Positions 38,675 to 53,048 of a stretch of DNA of 64,000 bases are shown in pieces. A program made the translations under genes and the position numbers. The notes below the pieces were generated by a model. The model ran no database searches. It saw only the letters and a list, made by a program, of their open reading frames with translations, and was not told where the DNA came from. Source of the DNA: Octopus sinensis. Its lineage: Eukaryota. The DNA lies in NCBI RefSeq assembly GCF_006345805.1, contig NC_043000.1, positions 163,494,001 to 163,558,000 of the forward strand, read 5' to 3'. The first letter of the stretch is position 1. Every line of letters begins with the position of its first letter.

Positions 38675-38935
38675 GTAGTAGTAGTAGTAGTTAGTAGTAG
38701 TAGTATATTTTAAAATTTGTGGTGTTAACTTTCTCTGTATCTAAAATATTTGCAGCAGCCCCCTCCACCTCTCTCCACACGCACGCACATTAAAAAGGGG
38801 GAGAATGTGAGGGAGAGGGACCTATGTATTATATATGTGCATACATACATATGTTTGCATGTATGCATTGTCTATGTATCTATTCATATGTGTGTATATA
38901 TATGCATATATACATACATATATGTATATACTTAC

Positions 38936-39270
38936 AGGCGCATGGCTCAGTGGTTAGAGCGTCGAGCTTACGATCGTGAGGTTGTGAGCTCGAATCCCGG
39001 ACCGGGCTGCGTGTTGTGTTCTCGTGCAAGGCACTTTATTTCACGTTGCTCCAGTTCACTCAGCTGTAGAAATGAGTTGCGACGTCACTGGTGCCAAGCT
39101 GTATCGACCTTTGTCTTTCCCTTGGATAACACAGGTGGCGTGGAGAGGGGAGGCTGGTATGCATGGGCGACTGCTGGCCTTCCATAAACAACCTTGCCCG
39201 GACTTGTGTCTAGGAGGGTAACTTTCTAGGTGCAATCCCATGGTCATTCATGACCGAAGGGGGTCTTTAC
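38936..39270 (+). mobile_element. tRNA-derived SINE family C, full length
   Basis: A box TGGCTCAGTGG, B-box-like gctcgaatcc, the conserved gcaaggcactttatttcacgttgctccag centre, and a tail different from the 13206 copy. Confidence 0.85.
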
Positions 39271-39276
39271 CCTTTT

Positions 39277-39356
<80 letters not shown>

Positions 39357-39812
39357 CTGTGTGTGTGCATATGTGGACATAGAACGTCACGAAACATGTG
39401 CAACAAAAAATACGAAGTACGAGTACATGGAATATGAACTATTTTTTCGAACAACGAAAGAAACAAATGTTAAACTAGACAAACAACATAAAGAACGACC
39501 ATTCATCAGTCGTTGGCTGTTTTCTACTCCCGTATTTCGAGCTTTTGACAACAATATACGCTTTCCATAAAACAGTTGCTCCCGCAAAGCAAATTAGATA
39601 AAATTTGGGATTTTGCGGAAGGTCAAAATTGGTAACACAAACAGGACAGTGAAAATAAACAGGAAAGTCTGTTAAGCCTAAACGAGGTTGTGGTGGCGAA
39701 CGCGTAAATCAAGCTCGGAAAGGAGACAGACAAGAACACCTCTTCCTTGTTCTAGCTACAGCGGAGAGAAAGCAAGAAACACAATTTAGAATAAAGAGAG
39801 ACAGCCGAAGGT

Positions 39813-39829
39813 CACGTGGGAGCCACGTG
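39813..39829. promoter_or_regulatory. Paired E-boxes (CACGTG x2, 11 bp start-to-start) next to a GC-box-like motif
   Basis: gtCACGTGggagcCACGTGagcaagggaggcggag, in unique CpG-containing sequence. Confidence 0.35.
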
Positions 39830-39949
39830 AGCAAGGGAGGCGGAGTGAGGGAGAGGGAGTGACAGAGTAATAGAATAGAATAGTGGGAGAAGAGGAGGTA
39901 AAAGAATATATTTTTACTCTTTCGTTTTTCTCTTTCTCTGTCTTTTCTT

Positions 39950-39988
<39 letters not shown>

Positions 39989-40608
39989 GGAGGGAGAGAG
40001 AGAGAGAGGGAGGGAGAGAGAGAGAGACAGACAGACAGATAGACAGACAGACAGAGAGGGAGAGATAGAGTGTGTGAGAGAGAGTGTGTGTGTGTGTGTA
40101 TGCGTGTATGTGTGTGTACGTGTGTGTGTGTGCGTGTGTTGCTGAGAAAGAAATGAAATGAGAGCGCCAGAAAGAGTGTGAAATACATTTTAACCTGAAC
40201 AGCAACCGCTTTAATGTCACCAGTATGGGAGGGTCTGCAAAGGTTAATGCATTTCTGAGCTTCTTTCTCATCTAATATATTAACGAGCGCGAGTGGAAGA
40301 GAGACATTGGGAAAGAGTTGGGCAGAGAGAAGGATAGAGAGAGAGAGAGAGAGAGGAGAGAGAGAAGTGATGAAGACATAAGTAGACCGATAAAGAAATA
40401 CTTTCACCCCTCCACGCACCGACAAGCACCTCCCACCTCCCACAACACTCTCAGTGCAGTCGAAATGGCTACTGGCGTCATACGGACCCTAATAAGGGGC
40501 AGGAGACGGTGGAGCGAGATTGCAAGTCTCCATTTCACTTTACTTCAAAATGTCGACCTGTGTAATATTATGTACTTAGTCTCTTAGTCTTTTAGTCTGT
40601 CCTGTCAG

Positions 40609-40673
<65 letters not shown>

Positions 40674-41261
40674 TACACATACACAAACACACACACATAC
40701 AGTCTGTCTATTTACCTGTCTGTATGTTTGTCTCCCCATCCACGTGGGATCCACACGATAGCTCTCTGTATGTTACGCCTCTTTTGAGGTACGTTCTTCT
40801 ATGAACGAATGCGTCTCAACTCTGCCTATATGCTTGGTTGATGTCATCCAAACCCCCGTCTCCCCTCTACCCTTCATAAGAACTATGAACCTGAATTTGT
40901 AAATTAACCAAAGAGCGCTTTCATCTAAAAACTTCACTATTAACAACAGTAACTGGGCTCTCCCACCTTCATGAAATCCTAAGTCTCCCCTCGAAGTCTA
41001 CGGGTACATAAAGCCGGAGATTATCCGGGTTTCTAAGGCATTTAGGTAACTGAAAATACAGAGTCCCATTGAACAGGATATCAGTCGGTCGCAGGATTAA
41101 TCCCTGCTACTCCAAATAGATTAGAATAACTTGAAAGGAAATGCCTTGCCCAAGAGTACAAATGTTGCCCTGTCCGAAAATTGAACCCTGGAAGTAATGA
41201 TCATGAAGCCCCAACACTCTAAGAATTAATCTATACACCTTCTCATGTTTATATATATAAA

Positions 41262-41431
41262 AGGCGTAGGAGTGGCTGTGTGGTAAGTAGATTGCTTAAT
41301 AACCACAAGGTTCCGGGTTCAGTCCCACTGCGTGGCACCTTGGGCAAGTGTCTTATATTATAGCCTCGGGCCGACCAAAGCCTTGTGAGTGGATTTGGTA
41401 GACGGAAATTGAAAGAAGCCCGTCGTATATA

Positions 41432-41510
<79 letters not shown>

Positions 41511-41730
41511 TGTCTCTGTGTTTGTCCCTCCAACATCACTTGACAACCGATGCTGGTGTGTTTACGTCCCCGAAACTTAGCGGTTCGGCAAAAGAGACCG
41601 ATAGAATAAGTACTAAGGATAAGTCTTACTACAATAAGTACTTACAAAGAATAAGTCGATTTGCTCGACTAAAGGCGGTGCTCCAGCATGGCCGCAGTCA
41701 AATGACTGAAACAAGTAAAAGAGTAAAAGA
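41262..41730 (+). mobile_element. SINE family B, full length
   Basis: All family B blocks present, with an internal (TA)n(TG)n. Confidence 0.9.
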
Positions 41731-41737
41731 GTGTGTG

Positions 41738-41793
<56 letters not shown>

Positions 41794-42344
41794 TTTATAT
41801 ATATATATCCAACAATGTACTTCTCTTCGAAAGATTTGCCTCCACTCCATGTATGCAGGCATCCATCCATCCATCCATCCATCCATCCATCCATCCATCC
41901 ATACATACATACATACATGCATCCATGGATGGGTCAAAAGGATATTGGTAGAACTTAAAAAATTTAAACACCTTCCTGTTTTAAAGCTCAACAGGCCAGA
42001 TACTGCCCAAAGTCAAAATAACTATATTTACGTCATTTCTGAACTTGGTAACTTCCCGCACTCTAATGGCGTGAAAGCGAGGAATAACCGACTAAATACT
42101 CAGTGAAATATTTGTTGATATATAGGTGATGATATATTTATAATTATAAAACATTATAAAGAAAATTACATCAGGAATCTGACACTTAAATTCATGTCGA
42201 AGTAACTAAGTTTGCACCAGTTATCTCACTACAACCTACGAATACGCACGCACACGATAATAGCAACGTATACATACACTGTATGAAGATAATACAATAC
42301 AGAGTATATAGGGTGCACAATAAACATACCAAAACACAACCTCA

Positions 42345-42388
42345 CAATCGTAAGCTCGACGCTCTAACCACTGAGCCATGCGCCTTCA
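42345..42388 (-). mobile_element. SINE family C, head only
   Basis: gtaagctcgacgctctaaccactgagccatgcgcct is the exact reverse complement of the 38936 head. Confidence 0.8.
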
Positions 42389-42466
42389 CTATATGTATAT
42401 ATTATTTATACTAGTATATGATTGAACGCCACGCATCCTCTTCCAAGTAAGTTTTATCATTAATAT

Positions 42467-42518
<52 letters not shown>

Positions 42519-42918
42519 AATAAATAAAACATATGCATACATGCCTATATGTACATACCTACATATATATGTATATATACATGCATATATATATATATGA
42601 GTACAGGACACCACAAATAAACGTAGAACACAACGAGAAACGAAAACATAAAATCAAACAAGAAAACGGACATTTTTTGACAACGAAAAAACAGAGTACA
42701 AGACAAACAATACAAGGAATATTCCCCTTCTTCAGCTGCCGCTGCGTGTTTCGAAGGTAAGGGCAGAATATGATCCGGCCGAAGCAGTCCTTTCTGCAAA
42801 ATGAATTAAATAAAATTCTTTTGCAGAGGGGTAAAAAAAAAAGCATGTTTTATTTATTAAATTGTTATTGTATGACTGAACGCCTCGCGTTGTTTTCTTA
42901 TTCTCCAAGTAAGTTTAT

Positions 42919-42978
<60 letters not shown>

Positions 42979-43179
42979 GATGATAAAAAAGGATGTTTCA
43001 TGCATATGTGGTAGATGTATGTGTATGCATCTGCACCTGCATATTTAGGTATGCATATATACGCATATATATATATATATTATATATATATATATCTTAT
43101 GTAATAACAAAGAGAAAAAGAAAATGACAGTTACATAGATAGACATTTTCAAAACAGAATTTTGCACTTTGCACTACAG

Positions 43180-43390
43180 AAGTTGTGGCCACCAGCATTT
43201 GATAACAGCTTTACTAACGTAGCTAACCAGAAAGAAACTCTGGACAAATACCGACATAAGAAAAGCAACAAGAACATCAAAATATGTGAGCTTTATGTTC
43301 CGAGGGACAATACTCTCCTCTTGTTTGAGGAATACAGCAATGAAAGAGCAAGAATTAGAATCGTACACCAATATCTTGCCTTAAATGGGG
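43180..43390 (+). CDS. Candidate internal coding exon (211 nt), product unidentified
   Basis: Acceptor ttttgcactttgcactacAG|, donor G|GTGAGT at 43391, and an open non-repetitive frame KLWPPAFDNSFTNVANQKETLDKYRHKKSNKNIKICELYVPRDNTLLLFEEYSNERARIRIVHQYLALNG. Confidence 0.3.
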
Positions 43391-44884
43391 GTGAGTATGC
43401 CCATAAAAGAACAGTTGGAAGAAGCCCCGACTGAAGGATGGAACGATATTGTTTCCCTCGACGGGGATAAAGCCTATGGAAACATGTGCTTGGTCTTTAG
43501 ACCTGAAGTCGTTGCAAATTGACGGGCAAAGCTGATGTACCACACGCTTCCTAAAAGTCTGGTGTTGTACTATTTGGGGCTACTAAGAGAAAAGTCGAAA
43601 TCAGGGAAAATTAATAGTGACACTTAATTTTCGTGACTCATCGTAAACTTAGTAACATGTTCAGGCGGTTTGTTCAGAGATAAAAGGAAACAATATGTGG
43701 TCAGATTGGTCTGTATACGACATGCAAGTCATGTCCACAGATCACAAAGCTATCCCAAAGCTGCGACCCGTTATGGATTCAGAAAGAATAGAAAAATTCT
43801 CCAAATATAATTTGTCATTTCTTATTATGGTAACCTGTCTGTTTCTCTTTACAGCTTCGATGATTTTTAATGATTAACTTGCTTATATCTTCCTCATTGT
43901 TTGATCAATTCCGATTTTGTCAGTTGGAAGGTCGGGGGCTTTCACGCAGTTATATTTCCTTCGTTGGATTCTTCTGGATTAACTGATTTTTGTTTTAAGT
44001 GTGTTATGTATGTTTCTGTTTATCAGTTGAATTATTACTGTTCAGTAATGTTATTTTTGCAATGTGTTAATGCACGAAAGTAATGTTCGAAACCTGAAAT
44101 CGTGTTTGTATATCAGTCTTTATGTACTTTTCTTACTTCGAAAGCTTCTTTTATTACAAACGTTAAACTCTCCTTACCTCCAATATATTTTTTATGTCTA
44201 TATTCTTATATTTTGTTAGCTTATCAACTAATTTCTAAGCAACGCTCCTGAATTCAAATTCTATGCGATTGAATCGGAAAAGAAATCTTTTTCAAATATT
44301 TAAATGGTAAAAGTAAATCCTGGTACCTCACAGAACCGGCTAGAGCTTCGTGCATAATATTCCAAGTTGATCACGTCTCTAAGAAATTGGATATGGCAGT
44401 TACTAGATAAATGTAAAAGATTTTAATCGTCGAAATTACTGGGTGTGATAAGATGTAGAAAAGAAAAGGAAAAACACCAATAGAATTTCTAACATAAACA
44501 CTAGTTTGCAAATATTTAGGTGGGATATAGTCGATTAAAATGACCTTTTTCCCAAGTGCATTACCGGTGTGTATTTTATCGTGATCGGATTGATGAAAGG
44601 AAAAATTGACCCTGAGTTAGGGACATAGCGTTCTGACAAACCACTCATCCACAACATTACTTATATATTAGAAGATTAATGCTCAGAGGAAAAAGATATG
44701 TAAAATATTTTTTAAATAAAAATAAAATAGAATAAGGAATATGGAGTCCCAAATCCACGGCAGTAGAATGAGAGTTTAAAAAAAAATGTCAATATTCAAT
44801 ATTCAATACCGAGTAGCAATGGATGGGGAAGTGATTCCATAAGGAAAGTCTGATTTAATTACCAATATCAATATCTAAACTATA

Positions 44885-45065
44885 AAGCAGCGAACTAGCA
44901 GAATCGTTAGCTCGTTTTGAGTTCAAATTCCGCCGAGGTCGACTCTGCCTTTCATCCTTTCGTGGTCGATAAAATAAATACCAGTTGAGCATTAGGGTAG
45001 ATTTAATCGACTCCCCCCCCCCCACTCGAATTTGGTTATCCTTGTGCTAAATTTTGAAACCAATA
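44885..45065 (+). mobile_element. SINE family A, internally deleted
   Basis: gagttcaaattccgccgaggtcgac..cctttcatcctttc..gtcgataaaataaataccagttg. Confidence 0.85.
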
Positions 45066-47184
45066 TCCATATCTAAACTACAAGAGATAACGAAATAAAT
45101 TAAGTAGTAAAAAGCCGTGAACCCAGTTAATATTATAAACCAAGAGATCACCTCAATGTCAGTGATCTCATTAAATGAAATATATTCACAGAGATGAGCG
45201 ATTGAGTTGTGCGTTCCGTTGGGCATTACGCCGACACTTTCAAGCAAAACGGGGGTTACTAAGCATAAGCGTGGAGCAAAATATGATTTTAATAATTGTA
45301 GAGCTACAATATCCTGAGCATGTGTGTTCAAGTTGACAATAAATTTGAAACAAAGAGAAATGTACGTAATCTAATCTTAAAGGAATATAATAAGAAATAA
45401 CAAGTTTGTGGAGTATGATATACAAAAATGTATATTATTAATACTAGAGCTTACTGCTTTGTACACAGCCTAAAAAGACACCGATCAGACTGAGAATAAT
45501 TTCCCAATAAAACACCTAATATACAATAATGCACCATACACAGCCCTACACACATCACATCTTCATGCTGGCTACACACCCATAGTTTCCACGAACTACT
45601 GCCATAAAAATCCTTCAATGAAGGCAGAACATTCCAGCTTTAAGGATATATTTGCTACATATATCAAGGAAACAGTCGTATATAAAACCGCTTTATTTAT
45701 AAACTACACATTTTAGCACAAACGTTAACAAATACACGATGAACTACACGCAACGAACACCACTCAATGAATAACACATAGAGTCGACAAATTACTAAGA
45801 GTCACAATTGCTGAAGATCTCTCGTGGTGTTTAAACATTATACAAAATGCCTCATAAAGAACAGACTTGTCTAATCAGATCAGTTGTTGAGCCTCTACAA
45901 AACTTAAATACTACGCACAGCAGTATTTACATGTATCAGATGAGTCTGAAACAATCCCTACAAACATGCGAAAATAAATGGGAAATGTCTTATTCGACTG
46001 ATTAGTATAGATTCATTGACCAACAGTTAAAAACAAAACAATTCACAGATGCACAGTTTTTTCCCCTTCGAGACTTGTTTCCTCTCCCCAGGAACACCTC
46101 GTTTCCACCAATCTACCCAATATCGTTCTTAACACCTTGTCCAACCACACGTCCCAGAGTTGCAACGCTCAAATTCGACCCACGCTCATATTTTTATTTG
46201 GTAGTTATCTCGTTCAGTAATTCAAACAACGCACCCGCCTTATTCATCGCATCATTCTGCAAGAGCCTATGGCATAAACAGCAATATTTTTCCTGAAAAT
46301 GGAAAAAAAATTATTGTTGTATTTCTGGATGATCATTTTACCCTTTTCTTTTTTTTGTTTTTTGTTTTTTTGCCAAATAAGCAACCTCACTATATATTCG
46401 TTCTTCACCCGTTTATTACTGTTCTTATTTCAAAATAAAAACAGTAATAAACGAGTGCAGAATGAATATATACTGCGTGTGTTTATTTGACAGAAAAATT
46501 ATTAAAAAAAAATATGAACCATCCCGAAATACGACAATATCTGTTTCGGAATCTTGCAACACAAATTCATTACAGAAAAATATTCCTGGCTTTCATATGA
46601 GCACAAATAGTAATTTTCAGCATATTCATAAAATAAATTACATCAACATACATGCGCACATACACACACATGCACACAGAAATTTATGTGTGTGTGTCTG
46701 TGTGTGTGTCTGTGTGTGTGCATGTGTATAACACGAAGAGGGAGGGAGGGGATAAGAGAAAGACAGTTTTGTTTCCTTTCCTTCTGAAAACTCAAATAAT
46801 AATCAGATTTTCGTTCCCTATTCCTAAAATTTACCTCTGAATAGGAAATGGTGCTGCTTCGTTCAATGTGAAAATATTCATTTCTTTTCAGAAGTGTTTT
46901 CCCGGCCGAAATGAAAGCATTTAAACATTTTTTGGAGATAATTATTTCAAGGCTTACCGTTCGATATATCCCATTATACATGGGCCTCGATGACTTGCAA
47001 AACTCTTTTCATAGACCTCTAAAGGAATCCATCTCCCCGGAACACGAACTTTATATCCTCACAAAGAAGTCAAATGCATTAAAGACGAAATTTTTTCAGT
47101 AAAGTTATTTTGTACCGTGTATTTGCTGTTAATAGTTCTCTCTTCTATTGATACCCGATACACCCGAGTAGATAATAGCTTTCT

Positions 47185-47657
47185 TTTACTTGTTTCAGTC
47201 ATTTCACTGCGGCCATGCTGGATCACCGCCTTTGTGTATTATTGTGTTTTAGTCAAATCGACCTCAGGACTTTTTTTGTTTTAAACCTAGTATTTATTCC
47301 ATCGATCAATTTTGCCGAACCGCTAGTTATGGGAGATGTAAACACACCAAACCACTTGTCATGCGGTGACGGAGGAACAAACACAAGACACAAAGACACA
47401 CACACACACATAGATATATACGTGTGTGTATATATAAATATATATATATATATAATATATATATATATATACATGTGTGTGTGTGTGTGTGTGTGTATAA
47501 GATGGAGGTCTTCAGTTTTCGTCTGTCAATCCACTCATAAGGCTTTGTCGCCCGAGGCGTTAGTAGGGAACACTAGCCCTAGGTGGCACGCAGTAGGACT
47601 GAACCCAGAACCATGTGGTTGGGAAGCAAGCAACTTACCACACAGCCACGTTTGCGC
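47185..47657 (-). mobile_element. SINE family B, full length
   Basis: cttgtttcagtcattt..gccatgctgga; ggactgaacccagaaccatgtggtt..cttaccacacagccac. Confidence 0.85.
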
Positions 47658-48039
47658 CTCTTTACGCCTTGTTCACATTAATTAAAAATCTAACTGAAAT
47701 ATTTCGAGGATCCAACTTCGATAATGTCAGAAGGTATGTTTTAGTGTATCTAACCTGCAATCTACGGCTCAATATTTTACTTTCATCTTTAGATTCATTT
47801 CTCAGGAAAACACCTCTTTTGACCTGGAAACTACTACATACGGCATAAGTAAATATTTTCATTTCTAGGGGACCTGGAAACGAAAATGCACCGGAATGTC
47901 TTAATTTTCGAGAATGCTCGCTAATTTGTTGTCTGAAAGTTTTTAACAATGGACATTGAACGCGAAACATCCTGGTACGAAATTACTTTCTTATTCACAC
48001 AACTACTTCTGTGCCAATATCAAACTATATTTATCTTAA

Positions 48040-48310
48040 TCTTTTTTTTTTTACTTGTCTCAAACATTCGACTGTGGTCATCCTGGGGCACCGCCTTCAA
48101 TGACTTAGTCGAACGCATCGACTCCAAATTTTTTAAAGTCTGGCGTTCATTCTATCGATCTCTTTCGCAGAACCGGTATAATAAGTGTTACGAAAGAATA
48201 TACAAACACCCACACACACGCGCATACATTTATGTATATTATATATATACATATACATTTCGCCTACCAAATTCACTTACAAAGCATTGGTCTGCCTTGG
48301 GCTATAGCAG
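48040..48310 (-). mobile_element. SINE family B, degenerate
   Basis: gactgtggtcatcctggggcaccgcctt..; ctaccaaattcacttacaaagc..tggtc. Confidence 0.65.
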
Positions 48311-48980
48311 AATTGTTTGAAAATCTTTATCGATCCTTCCTGTACTTGTCCGTGGTGTGGCCGTCCATATGGTTTGAGAATACCAGACCATCATCCATAT
48401 AAAGAACCAATCTATGCAGTGGGCTGCCCTTCCTTAGTCCACGCAGGATAAATAACCCGACGGGGTCAGCGACCTCAACCGAAGCTTAGCTGCATGGTTA
48501 CGACGCGGAGTGGGCCGCCTTCCATTCTTACCCAGTACGAATCATTGTGAAAGGAGATTAACTTTCTAGCGTGCATGATGATTCTGATACTGAGCCCTCT
48601 GATTTTGTTGAATTACTTACTCAGGTGTTCTGCAGGAGGATTTTCAATATTGAAGGATAGAAATCTACGATACTGGACAGAGTTAACTTGCAGGAAGTCT
48701 GAAATTCTATATACTTCCATATTTGTGTGTGTGTGTATGTGTATGTGTGTGTGTGTGTGTGTGTGTGTTGTGTGTGTGTGTGTGTGTGTATGTGTGTGTG
48801 TGTTGTGTGTATGTGTGAGTGTTTGTGTGTGTATGTGTGCGTACACACACACATATATATGAGTTAAAACATATAATGAAATCACAAGCAAACATGAAAC
48901 AGACGCAGATGGTCGCCAGCTCCACATCAGATACCGGCCAGACGATCAATCGCAGTTTCGCGCCAAACCTATATGTACAC

Positions 48981-49099
<119 letters not shown>

Positions 49100-49102
49100 C
49101 AT

Positions 49103-49134
<32 letters not shown>

Positions 49135-49943
49135 TATTATATATTATATATATATCTCGTTGATTTTGTTTTGTATCCGTAATTTTCCATTCTACTTTTA
49201 TGTTGGTGTTCTTCAATGATGTACAGACAGACATACGGACACGCAGAGACACACAGAAAGACAGACTGACAGACAAACAGACACATAGAGAGATAGACAG
49301 ATAGATATACTGACATAGCTGAGATAAACAAATTTAGATGAGAAGCAAAGAGCCATACAAGGAGATACCTAGAAAGAACAGGGATAATAGCTAAGAAATG
49401 ATAGAGAAATGTGTGTGTGTGTGTGATTTGCGCCTGTATGTATCGTTCGGGGAGTAGTGAGAGGTGGTACTTTTTGAAGAGATATGTGTGATAATGTCAT
49501 GCCACCTAAGAATACAGAATTATTCCTTCCTCCCACGCACCATAGCACCACAGCACCGCCACCATCATCATTACTACCGGCATCCCCACCACCACCACCA
49601 CCACCACCACCATCACCACCACCACCACTATCATCACATCTAGGGTAAACAGAATGTGTTTAGAACAGAACGCAACTTAGATGAGTAGAGTTATGGGGGG
49701 GGGGGAAATACTAAAGTAAGTGTGACTATGTTTGTTTGGATAATTAAATTAGATTCAAGTCACTTGCTCTGACTTGTTTATATTTCGTTTATGATTGTTT
49801 TTTTGGTGGCTTTTTTTGTTGTTGATGTTGTTGTTTTACTGGTTACTGTTACACTCTTCATCAATCTCTGAAAAATATTAGTTTTTTATATGTATGAATG
49901 TATGTACGTGGGTACGTATGTATGTATGCACATACGTATGTAC

Positions 49944-49974
<31 letters not shown>

Positions 49975-50789
49975 TGTATGTAGGTATGTAAGTAGGTATG
50001 CATTCACGTATATATATGTATGTATATATGCACATACGTATCTTTGTAGATATGTATGTCAAGCACGTATGTATGTATGGTTGTATGTATGTAAAGTATG
50101 TATATATGTACGCATGTAAGTACGTATGTATTCTGTGTTTTCTCTGTATATGTGCGCATCTGTGTCAAGTGACAAAGTGATGTTTAGTTGGATATCCTCG
50201 AACCAGGCCAACGAATCAAGTCCGAACTCAGTTCCTTTAACTACTTCACGCTATCAAATGTTCTCAGGAAAACCAATTGCACTTAAAACCACTGGTGAGC
50301 AGCTGGTGGACCTCTAACAACGGAATCTCATGTCACAAACCCTCTGTTTGTGACACTGGGACGCTTGTACATGATATAGATTTATCGATTACATTGTAGG
50401 AGTACACACATAGATACTCCATCCAAGTATCTTCGTTCCTCTGCATTAAAGAAGGCATGTACGTTGGGAAACAAGACCTCTCTAATAATCTTGGTTGCGA
50501 GCATAGTCACACATATACACACATACATACACACATATATGTATGTTCATGAATACATACATATATACATGCATAATACACACACACACATACATACATA
50601 CATACATATATGCATATATATATTTATGCACGCATAAATTTTTCTTATATGGGAGAGAGCAGAGCGCAATAAAATTATTTAGTTCAGTTTGTTTCTTTTT
50701 ATTGTCGATCAAACTATCATTATAAGAATGTAGCACACGATATCATATTGTTTGTAAAATTAATATCAATTACTTGCTTACAGATGCCG

Positions 50790-50920
50790 CTGGGCTCGAC
50801 TTTCATCCTTTCAGGGTCGATAAAATAAGTACCAGCCAGTTGAACACACTGGAGTCGATCTAATCGACCTAACCCCTCCCCCGAAATCGCTGGCCGTGTG
50901 CCAAAGTTTGAAACCGATAT
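50790..50920 (+). mobile_element. SINE family A, 3' half
   Basis: ctcgactttcatcctttcagggtcgataaaataagtaccag..ctggagtcgatctaatcgac. Confidence 0.8.
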
Positions 50921-51994
50921 TAATTACTTGATGCTGCTTATGATATTAATTATTTCCAACTTACAATATTTTCCATATTCAAGAATAAGCTTCTTGCTTC
51001 TAAGTGAAAATAAAAGTATTTTTTCGATGATATAATTAATTAATTAACCCCCTTCTGTTCAACAACTCAATGCTGACATACGTAGTTGTAAAGTAGAATT
51101 GTCCATGGATATGGAATTTGTAGAAAGTATGAAATATTAATTTTATAAAGCGCATAACACTGTGTCACATAAGACAACGGTATTTTTGAAGGAAAGTAAA
51201 GGAAAAATTGGAAATATCCTGATATGATTTCCTTCTTTATACGGAAAATGGTTGTATCAAAACTGCTTATAAAGTATAAACGTGTCGATCACCACAATCA
51301 GCAGTGTCACTTCAAGATCTATTCGCAGTTGTTGGAGCAGAAAGAATTCCAAAACAGACACGTACACAATGTTCCCTCCTACGCACTCTTACGCGCTCAC
51401 GAACCATGCATAACACTTGAAAGAAAAGGTTAATGGTGGTAACTTCTTTAACTCTGATTGAACACCCCTACCCGATTCTAAAGCATCAGGTGGTGTTGTT
51501 AAAACAGATGAGATTATTCCCTAACTTTAAGAGTTTAATGAAACGTCCTTATTTTCCTCATGATCTGTTCAAAATACAGCACAAGAAATGTTGTCTTGCT
51601 ATTGCAAAGTAAAATACATTTCTGTTACAATTGCTTCTGTTCTCTGTGTTGCATACCAAATTAGTTTTGCAATAAAATATATAAAGTAAAATGTGAAGGG
51701 AGCATTTTCTTAAATTACAAAATTAAGACTACCAACAAACACTGACTCAAAAGCTGACGAATTGCAGAAGCTTGAAACATTCAGTTTCAGATTTGTATCC
51801 GAATTACAATAAAAACACAGTCACTTAAAAACAGCGCTGCATTAAAAGAAAATGCTGAATATCGGTTACATTTAACAATATTTTTTCTATATATATTGGC
51901 TGCCATACAATTGTTTCTACCATTTGAACATGCTATCACATACGCAATTAGCATATCTGACCAACGGTCAAAGCTTGATTAAAGTCAGACATGG

Positions 51995-52160
51995 AATGAT
52001 GGCTGTGTGGTAAGAAACTTGACTCCTAACAAAGTTGGCTTTCCAAACACAATGTCTCGGTTCAACCCCAATGCATGGCAACTTGTGCAAATTTCTTCAT
52101 CTATAGCAGCGGGCGGTCTACCAAGGCGTTGTAGACGGAAACTGAAGCTCGTCGTATATA
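51995..52160 (+). mobile_element. SINE family B, 5' half, degenerate
   Basis: ggctgtgtggtaag..; gtagacggaaactgaag. Confidence 0.7.
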
Positions 52161-52179
52161 TGTTACTATGACACTCCGT

Positions 52180-52389
52180 CTGTTACACCCTGCTGGTGAA
52201 ATTAACGGAGGCACAACAGAAACATGAAGAAAGAGTGAGAGAAAGTTGTGGTAAAAGAGTACAGCAAGGTTCTCCACTACCTCTGCCGGAGTCTCACTGA
52301 ATAATGTAAACACTCACAACGCCCGGAATCGAAACCGCGATCCTCTGACGGCAAGTCAGCCGCCCTAACCACTGAACCACTGTGCCTCC
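52180..52389 (-). mobile_element. tRNA-derived SINE, a fourth family
   Basis: The minus strand starts ggaggcacagtggttcagtggttagggcggctgacttgccgtcagaggatcgcggtttcgattccgggc (A and B boxes), followed by a non-tRNA body. Confidence 0.75.
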
Positions 52390-52446
52390 GCGTGTATATG
52401 TATATATATATATATATATAATATATATATATATAGATATATATAT

Positions 52447-52587
<141 letters not shown>

Positions 52588-52768
52588 TATTATATAAATT
52601 AAGATCACTTCTTATAAAGGAATCTTAACAAGAAATTATCAGGTAGATAGCGTGAAAAATCTCATAAGAGAAAAATTTCGAAAATAATTCTTTCTTATTG
52701 AACATATTATTTATATATACAGGGCATTATTACACATACATGCCACACGCTACGAGGGACATTAGTCA

Positions 52769-52868
52769 NNNNNNNNNNNNNNNNNNNNNNNNNNNNNNNN
52801 NNNNNNNNNNNNNNNNNNNNNNNNNNNNNNNNNNNNNNNNNNNNNNNNNNNNNNNNNNNNNNNNNNNN
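52769..52868. other. Assembly gap (100 N)
   Basis: Run of N; a placeholder of unknown true length. Confidence 1.
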
Positions 52869-52985
52869 TTAAGCTTATAATTACTGTGAGCTAACTGTTT
52901 TATATTTACACGTAAATTCTTTCTCCCCTCTTTGTCTTTCCCCTCTCTCTCCTGACTCTCTCGCCTCTCTTCTCTCTCCTTCTTT

Positions 52986-53048
<63 letters not shown>

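Noticed and set aside
38936-39010. tRNA-like sequence (also 13206, 52320-52389 and 59117)
   Set aside because: A and B boxes are present, but there is no properly paired acceptor or anticodon stem and each continues into a SINE body. These are SINE heads, not tRNA genes.
51690-51860. Possible hAT transposase C-terminal remnant (LKHSVSDLYPNY)
   Set aside because: Too short and degenerate, and no TIRs were found.
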